The notes under the pieces: model-generated
What the model was told of the DNA's origin: nothing
Databases searched by the model: none
The model's input: only the letters and a program-made list of their open reading frames with translations
Position numbers and translations under genes: made by a program
Shown here: positions 25,992 to 32,000 of the stretch, piece after piece
Position numbering within the stretch: the first letter of the stretch is position 1
Layout of the letters: each line of letters opens with the position of its first letter
NCBI GenBank assembly: GCA_963675915.1
Contig: OY780959.1
Span: forward strand, 60,001-92,000
Direction: 5' to 3'
Length of the DNA: 32,000 nt
Source: Coprobacillaceae bacterium
Lineage (GTDB): Bacteria > Bacillota_I > Bacilli_A > Erysipelotrichales > Coprobacillaceae

Positions 25992-26354
25992 TTAGTGAGA
26001 ACATTGGTGATTATCATCGTGATCGTGACCGGCGCATTGAGCTCCAGTTGAGACCAGGGTACCGTTTAAAAAGTTTGCGATGTTTTGTTTGCATCCTCCG
26101 ATACATCCAGAATAAACATCGATATTGTTTTGATTGAACAGGGTAACGGCTTTGCTTCCGATTCCGCCAACCAAGACTACATTGACATCATGGTCAGCCA
26201 AAAATTTTGGCAATACCCCAGGTTTGTGTTCCGGTGCACTAAGGTATTCGAAGTTTTTGACTTCTGTCCCTTCGCATTCGGCTACCAGATACTCTTTGCA
26301 ATGCCCGAAGTGGGCTCCGATCATATTGTTGTCACATGCTACAGCTACTTTCAT
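25992..26354 (-). CDS. NifX/NifB-C-terminal-like protein (dinitrogenase FeMo-cofactor-binding fold, PF02579-like) with a His/Cys-rich tail
   Basis: MKVAVACDNNMIGAHFGHC and VLVGGIGSKA are typical of this fold, and the tail is CAGHDHDDNHQCSH. I place the start at ATG 26354 (GAAGGT SD), 4 nt after the upstream stop; the track start at 26372 is a TTG. Confidence 0.7.
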   Translation of the reverse strand: MKVAVACDNNMIGAHFGHCKEYLVAECEGTEVKNFEYLSAPEHKPGVLPKFLADHDVNVVLVGGIGSKAVTLFNQNNIDVYSGCIGGCKQNIANFLNGTLVSTGAQCAGHDHDDNHQCSH

Positions 26355-26358
26355 TATC

Positions 26359-27204
26359 TTACCTTCTTTCAATTATATTTGTTAAGTTCTTTGCGATTTT
26401 TTTGATGGATTTTGATGCGGGGGTATCAAAGTCCACGACATTAATGCCGTTGTTGATGCACTTGACGACGTTGATGTCGTTGGGTATTTTTCCAACCAGT
26501 TTGATTCCTTCATGGATACAGTATTGTTCGATTTCACTGGTCGCTTCCAATGAGAGATCAAAACGGTTGATGATACAGGCGGCTTCAAGATTGAATGATC
26601 GGGAGAGTTCGTAGGTCCTTTTCATATCAGCCAAGCCGCTTTTGGTAGCCTCACAGACCAGCAGGATTAAATCGACATTGGCCATTGAGGCAATGACCGG
26701 ACATCCGACTCCCGGAGAACCGTCGATAATGCAGACGGTATCCTGTTCAACCATCAGACTTTTAACCTGGGTTACCAGCTTGCCGGAGTTTCCTTCGCCC
26801 ATCTTGAGTTTGGCGCTGTAGAAATGAGTGTCGTCTTGCACTGCTTCAAAAGTTTCGCCACAGACGTTGTCTACCATGGTTATGGCGCCAACCGGGCAAA
26901 CCAGCTCACAGACGCCACAACCTTCGCAGCGGTAATTGATCACTCTTTCATCCCGAATTGCATTGAAGTTGCAATTATCCAGGCAACGTCCGCAATGGAT
27001 GCATTTTTCAAGATCGATAACTGCTTTGGGAAGGCCGTAATAGTCTTCCTTTTTGGATATTTCCATTTGATTGAGCAGATGGAGATTTGGCGCATCGACA
27101 TCGACGTCGCCAAACACTTTCGAGTCGAATAATTTTATCAGACTTGAAGCAATGGTGGTCTTCCCGGTACCACCTTTGCCACTTAGTACCAGTAATTTAA
27201 ACAT
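26359..27204 (-). CDS. MinD/ParA-type P-loop ATPase with an inserted 2x[4Fe-4S] ferredoxin domain (COG1149-like)
   Basis: The deviant Walker A is SGKGGTGKTT, and there are two CxxCxxCxxxC motifs (CIHCGRCLDNC, CEGCGVCELVC). ATG 27204 overlaps the upstream stop as ATGTTTAA. Confidence 0.8.
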   Translation of the reverse strand: MFKLLVLSGKGGTGKTTIASSLIKLFDSKVFGDVDVDAPNLHLLNQMEISKKEDYYGLPKAVIDLEKCIHCGRCLDNCNFNAIRDERVINYRCEGCGVCELVCPVGAITMVDNVCGETFEAVQDDTHFYSAKLKMGEGNSGKLVTQVKSLMVEQDTVCIIDGSPGVGCPVIASMANVDLILLVCEATKSGLADMKRTYELSRSFNLEAACIINRFDLSLEATSEIEQYCIHEGIKLVGKIPNDINVVKCINNGINVVDFDTPASKSIKKIAKNLTNIIERR

Positions 27205-28009
27205 GGGCAATTTCCTTTACTTTGGCGTAGATATCTTCGAAGATGGTCCTATATTCTTCGCTGTGATCGACTACAATTTTTCCGTTAGCGACCAATTTTC
27301 CGATTTCCGGGTTGTAGGGTATCCGGCCGATAACGTTGTCATTATAACTGACCTTGCTGTCCATATCCTTGTTGACAACAAGTCCATAGGGAAGATTGAG
27401 TCGCTCAAGCAATTCCTTGACCATCAGATAATTGTGATGGGAGAAAACAGTCGGCTCAACTACAATGATACAGTAGTCGGCTTCGTCGACAGCTTCCATC
27501 ACGCTGCAAGCTGATCCGGGAGGACAGTCGACGATGTTGAACTCACCAAGATGGGTAAGAACCTGAGAAATTGTCGGGACCGAAGATTCGGTTCCTACTT
27601 TGATTTTTCCGGTTACCACTTTGATATCATTATTAGTTGCGACAGTCACTTCACCGACTTTCTGCTTTTCATAACTGATGGCTCCCTGTTTGCAGACCAG
27701 GGCACAGCCATTGCAGCTGTGGCAGATATTCTTGAAAACAAGTACCCGGTCGTAAACAAAGCCCAGGGCGTTAAAGCGGCAGAAGTCGACGCACTCCCGG
27801 CAGCCGTTGCACTTGGATTTGTCGATTAAGGGGACCTTGACTGTGACATCTTCGATGGAAACTGTTGTTCCATCAAGAAAGATATCACCATTGGGCTCTT
27901 CGACATCACAATCCAAATAGGTACAATTGCCAATAACCCGGGCCAGGTTGGTCGCCAGGAATGTTTTCCCGGTGCCGCCCTTGCCTGATAAAATGGCGAT
28001 TTTAGCCAT
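27197..28009 (-). CDS. MinD/ParA-type P-loop ATPase with an inserted 2x[4Fe-4S] ferredoxin domain (paralog)
   Basis: The Walker A is SGKGGTGKTF, and the ferredoxin motifs are CNGCRECVDFC and CHSCNGCALVC. The start overlaps the upstream stop as ATGGCTAA. Confidence 0.8.
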   Translation of the reverse strand: MAKIAILSGKGGTGKTFLATNLARVIGNCTYLDCDVEEPNGDIFLDGTTVSIEDVTVKVPLIDKSKCNGCRECVDFCRFNALGFVYDRVLVFKNICHSCNGCALVCKQGAISYEKQKVGEVTVATNNDIKVVTGKIKVGTESSVPTISQVLTHLGEFNIVDCPPGSACSVMEAVDEADYCIIVVEPTVFSHHNYLMVKELLERLNLPYGLVVNKDMDSKVSYNDNVIGRIPYNPEIGKLVANGKIVVDHSEEYRTIFEDIYAKVKEIAHV

Positions 28010-28355
28010 TGTGATATCCTGGGTGGGCCCCGATTCCCTTAATCAGTTCGTTATTGTGGAATTTTTCGAGGTTGTCTTTCAAACTGCTGTTTATCCCGGT
28101 ATACAGTTCCACTGTACCAGTCAGCATATCACTGGCGTTTTGGCCCAGTTTTTGGGTAATCAGGACAGTTGCTTTGTTGTCAATCAAAAATTGCCCGGCT
28201 TTGATTCCGGCACCACCGCTGCTTTGACTTGCAGGATTGTCAAGAAAGTCGACGGAATTGTCTTCGAGACTGACAAACGCGAAATATTTCGCTCTTGCAA
28301 GGTTCGGTGAGAGCATGGCATTCATGCTTTTTTCGTTTACTGCCATTACAAGCAT
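28002..28355 (-). CDS. NifX-like (PF02579-like) small protein
   Basis: SPNLARAKYFAFV, GGAGIKAGQFLIDNKATVLITQKLGQNA is the typical NifX/NafY-like pattern. An AGGAGG SD lies 9 nt upstream of ATG 28355. Confidence 0.65.
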   Translation of the reverse strand: MLVMAVNEKSMNAMLSPNLARAKYFAFVSLEDNSVDFLDNPASQSSGGAGIKAGQFLIDNKATVLITQKLGQNASDMLTGTVELYTGINSSLKDNLEKFHNNELIKGIGAHPGYHNG

Positions 28356-28405
28356 TTAGTATTTCCTCCTTTTTCTAGGGGTGATCTAATCACCCTATGA
28401 GTTAA

Positions 28406-28433
28406 ATTATAAAACTTTTAGAACATATGTCAA
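28406..28433 (-). promoter_or_regulatory. Promoter of the NifX/MinD operon
   Basis: On the minus strand, TTGACA (28433-28428), a 16-nt spacer, and TATAAT (28411-28406). Confidence 0.6.
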
Positions 28434-28457
28434 TAATAGTTTTGAACATTTGTTCAA

Positions 28458-28497
28458 ATAAAACAAAAACAGCGATATCAATTTAATGATATCGCTG
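28458..28497 (-). terminator. Intrinsic terminator of uraA
   Basis: The stem is CAGCGATATCA/TGATATCGCTG. On the minus strand it is followed by TTTTTGTTTT. Confidence 0.8.
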
Positions 28498-28504
28498 CAA
28501 GAAT

Positions 28505-29773
28505 CTATTTGTCTTCTGGAATAATCAAGTTCAAGATGATTCCCACCAGGGCGCACAAAGCGGTTCCCGAAAGAATCGCCGATCCAGGCAGGGGCAACAC
28601 TGCGCCACCAAGACCGAATACCAGCATCGCTGATGTGATGATCAGATTTTTTTGTTTTGAATAATCAACGCGATTTTCAATCAAAACGCGCAAACCGTTA
28701 GAGGCAATTACTCCGTAAAGCATGATTGACATCCCCCCGAGAACACAAGTAGGAATTGTCGAAATCAAAGCAGAAACCTTGCCACAAGTAGAAAGGAGTA
28801 TCGCGAATACCGCTGCTCCGCAAGTAACGTAGACAGAACCGATTTTAGTCATTCCGATAACTCCGGTATTTTCACCATAAGTGGTATTGGCTGGACCACC
28901 CAGGAATCCTGATATTGCTGTTGCCAGACCATCACCGATCAGAGTACGGTTAAGTCCAGGATTTTTCAGGAAATTTTCACCACAAATATGTCCTAAAACG
29001 ACGTGGTCACCGATATGTTCGGAAATAGTTACCAGGGCAACCGGCAGGATTGCCAATGTTTCCGGACCGAAGTAGAATTTGTAGGTACCGAAATTACCTA
29101 ATTTGAAAGGCAGTGAAAATTGGGGCAATGCAAACCATGATGCTTCGCTGATTGCTGAAAAATCAACCAGTCCCATGATCATTGACAGGACGAATCCGAC
29201 AATGATGGCGATCAAAAAAGGAATGATTTTGAAGAATCCTTTTCCTTTGGCACTGATAAAAGCAGCGGTCAGGAATGTCACTGCGGCAATAATCATGTTT
29301 CTAGGATCTCCTCCGGATACGAATCCGGCGTTGGAAATTGCGGTAGAAGCCAAGCCTAACCCGATTACGGCAATCATCGGTCCGATTACAACCGGTGGCA
29401 AGATGCGGTCAATCCAAGCTTTTCCGCTGAATTTGATAATAAAAGCGACCACACAGTAAATCAACCCGACCAAAATCAATCCGGTCTGAGCTGCGGAAAT
29501 GTCGCCTCCCATAGCTTCAACTGCGACAATTACCGCTGTGATATAGGCAAATGATGAGCCTAGATAAACAGGAACTTTTCCTTTCGTTACAAACGAATAA
29601 ATCAAAGTACCGATCCCTGAAGCAAACAGGGCTACTGAAACTGGATAACCAGTCAAGATTGGAACAAGAATTGTCGCTCCAAACATTGCAAATACATGTT
29701 GCATCGATAAAAACAGCCACTTTTTAGGTTCTGGGCGTTCATTGATGCCGATCAGTAATTTTTTCTCTTCCAT
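28505..29773 (-). CDS. uraA: Uracil/xanthine permease (NCS2 family)
   Basis: The 422-aa protein has about 12-14 TM segments and the motifs QHVFAMFGATILVP and GENTGVIGMTK. The SD is GGAGG. Confidence 0.85.
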   Translation of the reverse strand: MEEKKLLIGINERPEPKKWLFLSMQHVFAMFGATILVPILTGYPVSVALFASGIGTLIYSFVTKGKVPVYLGSSFAYITAVIVAVEAMGGDISAAQTGLILVGLIYCVVAFIIKFSGKAWIDRILPPVVIGPMIAVIGLGLASTAISNAGFVSGGDPRNMIIAAVTFLTAAFISAKGKGFFKIIPFLIAIIVGFVLSMIMGLVDFSAISEASWFALPQFSLPFKLGNFGTYKFYFGPETLAILPVALVTISEHIGDHVVLGHICGENFLKNPGLNRTLIGDGLATAISGFLGGPANTTYGENTGVIGMTKIGSVYVTCGAAVFAILLSTCGKVSALISTIPTCVLGGMSIMLYGVIASNGLRVLIENRVDYSKQKNLIITSAMLVFGLGGAVLPLPGSAILSGTALCALVGIILNLIIPEDK

Positions 29774-29849
29774 AACTATCCTCCAATTACTGTTATGAAT
29801 GATAACATATTTTAATGATTATTCAAGAACTTTAATAAAGATTAAGGGT

Positions 29850-30368
29850 TTATTCAAAATGATCTGTTTGAATATTTAGTTTTTCAAGAAATTTGTGGAG
29901 TTGGGCGACATTTTTGAAATGATATGCCTTCTTGGCGGTAGCGACCAAATGTCGGTTTCGCTGCTGGATTTCTTTGGTGCGGCCATCGATTAAAATCCAG
30001 CGGGCAAATTCGAAATCGAATTTTTCCGGACTGTTGCACGAGTCTCTGCAGGTTCCCCGATATTTCAGGTAGCGTTGCCAGGCTTTCTTGAAACAGTACC
30101 AGCGACCATAATCGAGAAAGATGGTCAGGTCAGCTTTTTCAAAACGCTCTGGAGCCAGGTGATGATAGTTGCCGTCAATCACCCAGTCTTCATTTTCACC
30201 CAAAAAATCGCGGACCATCTGTTGCTGTAAATCACGCGGACGGGTTTGCCAGTTTCCGGTGAACTGGACATTGTCGAGATGAAGCAGCGGAAATTGGTAG
30301 TGATCTGCCAGGATTTTGGCCAGAGTGGATTTTCCCGAGCCACTGTAGCCGATTATTTGTATTTTCAT
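29850..30368 (-). CDS. P-loop NTPase, topology modulation protein FlaR-like / adenylate-kinase-like
   Basis: MKIQIIGYSGSGKSTLAK contains the Walker A. The length of 172 aa and the motif WVIDGNY fit the family. The SD is AAAGGAG. Confidence 0.7.
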   Translation of the reverse strand: MKIQIIGYSGSGKSTLAKILADHYQFPLLHLDNVQFTGNWQTRPRDLQQQMVRDFLGENEDWVIDGNYHHLAPERFEKADLTIFLDYGRWYCFKKAWQRYLKYRGTCRDSCNSPEKFDFEFARWILIDGRTKEIQQRNRHLVATAKKAYHFKNVAQLHKFLEKLNIQTDHFE

Positions 30369-30446
30369 GTAAAATCTCCTTTACCCTGGTTAGATTATAA
30401 CTTTTTTCCCCCGTAAATTCCAGTGATCAAATAATCTTCGATATCA

Positions 30447-30476
30447 TTGTACATTTAAGCGGATATATAGTATAAT
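30447..30476 (+). promoter_or_regulatory. Candidate promoter of the thiT leader
   Basis: TTGTAC-N18-TATAAT, positioned just upstream of the riboswitch. Confidence 0.5.
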
Positions 30477-30482
30477 ACAGCC

Positions 30483-30556
30483 GTGAACAGGGGTGCCGTT
30501 TTGGCTGAGAAATACCCTTATCACCTGATCTAGTTAGGACTAGCGTAGGGAGTTAC
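30483..30556 (+). promoter_or_regulatory. TPP (THI-box) riboswitch
   Basis: GGGGUGC...GCUGAGA...ACCC...ACCUGAUCUAGUUAGGACUAGCGUAGGGA matches the THI element core. Downstream, CGCCUC (30583-30588) can pair with the SD GAGGUG (30599-30604), which suggests translational control. Confidence 0.9.
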
Positions 30557-30610
30557 AAATTTAATAATTATCTTATTCCTTGCGCCTCAAAAAATTCGGA
30601 GGTGTTATTA

Positions 30611-31150
30611 ATGAAAGTCAAAGATCTAGTTTTCATGGCGATGTATATTGCTCTAGCTTTAGTATTGGATTATGTTTCGGAATTGATTCCATTTTTGCAG
30701 ATGCCGATGGGTGGCAGCATCAATCTGGCAGTGATTCCGGTGCTTGTGGCATCGTATCACATGGGGTGGAAAAATGGAGCCCTGGTGGGACTTTTATGGT
30801 GGTTTGTCGGGTTCGTGATGTTCGGATTCAACCGCTGGTATCTTAATCCGTCCCAATACCTGTTGGATTACATTATTCCGGCTGCAATTTTGGGATTTGC
30901 GAGTATCATGCCAAAATTCGGCATGAAAAACAATTTGTATACCGGGATCGTGATTGTTTCGGTATTGCGATTTACCTGCAACCTGCTATCGGGAGTGTTC
31001 TTCTATTTCCCTGAAGGTTCAGCTCCGGGAAGTCTGGGGGCCTGGATTTATTCATTCAATTACAATATCTGGTACAATCTGGCGACCATGGTGGCAGCAA
31101 TTATTATTGCTCCAATCCTGATCAAAAGACTGCCTCATACAAAGTTATAA
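30611..31150 (+). CDS. thiT: Thiamine transporter, ECF S-component ThiT
   Basis: It lies downstream of the TPP riboswitch and is a 179-aa protein with about 6 TM segments. I place the start at ATG 30611 (GGAGG SD, 8 nt spacing). Confidence 0.85.
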   Translation: MKVKDLVFMAMYIALALVLDYVSELIPFLQMPMGGSINLAVIPVLVASYHMGWKNGALVGLLWWFVGFVMFGFNRWYLNPSQYLLDYIIPAAILGFASIMPKFGMKNNLYTGIVIVSVLRFTCNLLSGVFFYFPEGSAPGSLGAWIYSFNYNIWYNLATMVAAIIIAPILIKRLPHTKL

Positions 31151-31155
31151 AATTT

Positions 31156-31178
31156 ACCCGTCATAAAGACGGGTTTTT
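31156..31178 (+). terminator. Intrinsic terminator of thiT
   Basis: ACCCGTC-ATAAA-GACGGGT followed by T5. Confidence 0.85.
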
Positions 31179-31272
31179 GATTCTTTTCTCTTTATTTTTA
31201 AAGGAATAAGTGATATAGTTGATTGGCTTAAAACATTTGATATCATAATCATAGTTTTGGAAGGAGAACATT

Positions 31273-32000
31273 ATGGGTAGAAGAATTGATTTGCTCAATG
31301 ATCGAATATCGATATCGCTGTTGAAACTGGCAATGCCCATTATGGCAACTTCCCTGATTCAACTGGCTTACAGCATGATCGATATGATTTGGATCGGCCG
31401 GATCGGAGTTGGTGCTGTCAGTGCCATTGGAACTGCCGGATTGTATCTCTGGGTGGGTGACGGGATTATTTTGATGCCAAAAACCGGATCCCAGATTCTG
31501 GTCGGTCAGCAACTTGGGGCCAATAAACTGACCAAGGCCCGCAGTTATGTCAAAACTGTAATGCAGTTGGCCTTGATTATGACAGCTATTTATACTTTTA
31601 TCTTATATTTCTTCGCTGACGGACTGATTGCCTTCTACAATCTCGATCAGGCCGATGTGGTTACTCAGGCAGTCGGCTATTTGAAAGTCACTTCGTTGGG
31701 AATTGTATTCATGATGTACAATTACGTCATGACCGGGCTGTTGACAGCGACGGGGGATTCCAAAACACCCTTCTATCTCAATACTGTGGGAATCGTAGCG
31801 AATATAATTCTTGATCCATTGCTGATCTTCGGATTGAATCTTGATGTCTTTGGAGCGGGAATGGCAACAGTTATTTCCCAGGGAATCGTTTCGGCCATAT
31901 TCCTGGCCCATTCAATCAAAGACAAATACCTGTTTGATCACTTGAACCTGCTGTCAAAAATCAATTTCCAAGAAGCAAAAGAGATTATCAAGCTAGGTTT
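31273..32000 (+). CDS. MATE family efflux transporter (3' end beyond the window)
   Basis: It is absent from the ORF track because it is open at the window edge. My translation from ATG 31273 (AAGGAG SD) reads MGRRIDLLNDRISISLLKLAMPIMATSLIQLAYSMIDMIWIGRIG, a typical MATE N-terminus, and the frame stays open to position 32000. Confidence 0.8.
   Translation, partial: MGRRIDLLNDRISISLLKLAMPIMATSLIQLAYSMIDMIWIGRIGVGAVSAIGTAGLYLWVGDGIILMPKTGSQILVGQQLGANKLTKARSYVKTVMQLALIMTAIYTFILYFFADGLIAFYNLDQADVVTQAVGYLKVTSLGIVFMMYNYVMTGLLTATGDSKTPFYLNTVGIVANIILDPLLIFGLNLDVFGAGMATVISQGIVSAIFLAHSIKDKYLFDHLNLLSKINFQEAKEIIKLG

Noticed and set aside
29774-29849. Looked for a PyrR binding loop or attenuator upstream of uraA.
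   Set aside because: There is no ARUCCAGAGAGG-like motif or terminator/antiterminator pair in the 76-nt spacer.

Overview
The window looks like a chromosomal segment of a low-GC Gram-positive anaerobe or facultative anaerobe. This rests on standard genetic code, GGAGG-type ribosome-binding sites (SD), CIRCE operators, a ThiT/TPP riboswitch and an OppA lipoprotein; an Erysipelotrichia- or Bacilli-like origin is only an inference. Most of it is housekeeping. On the minus strand there is a class II ribonucleotide reductase whose 3' end runs off the left edge. On the plus strand there are clpB behind two CIRCE operators, a translationally coupled rsmE / orphan ORF / mtaB / murE-like operon, fsa/tal, a membrane protein, coaBC, oppABCDF, a TPP riboswitch with thiT, and a MATE efflux gene that runs off the right edge. 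On the minus strand there are also uraA and a FlaR-like P-loop protein. Four things stand out. (1) The pyruvate formate-lyase gene is split. A 687-aa catalytic body ends exactly where the C-terminal glycyl-radical domain should begin. Two small SD-led ORFs follow it. One (79 aa) is the complete radical domain with RVSGYAV. The other (71 aa) is a paralog that keeps only the N-terminal part and has a Cys-rich tail in place of the radical loop. No pflA activase is adjacent. (2) Two unrelated group II introns, each with an RT/maturase ORF, bracket fsa, and each starts flush against an intrinsic terminator. The first is clearly class IIC. (3) There is a tightly coupled four-gene operon of NifX-like, MinD-type ATPase with 2x[4Fe-4S], a second such ATPase, and NifX-like, with no nitrogenase context. 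Its promoter carries GAAC-N4-GTTC palindromes. (4) A PRD-domain protein without an RNA-binding CAT domain lies divergent from pfl. I found no rRNA, tRNA, CRISPR array, transposase or prophage genes.
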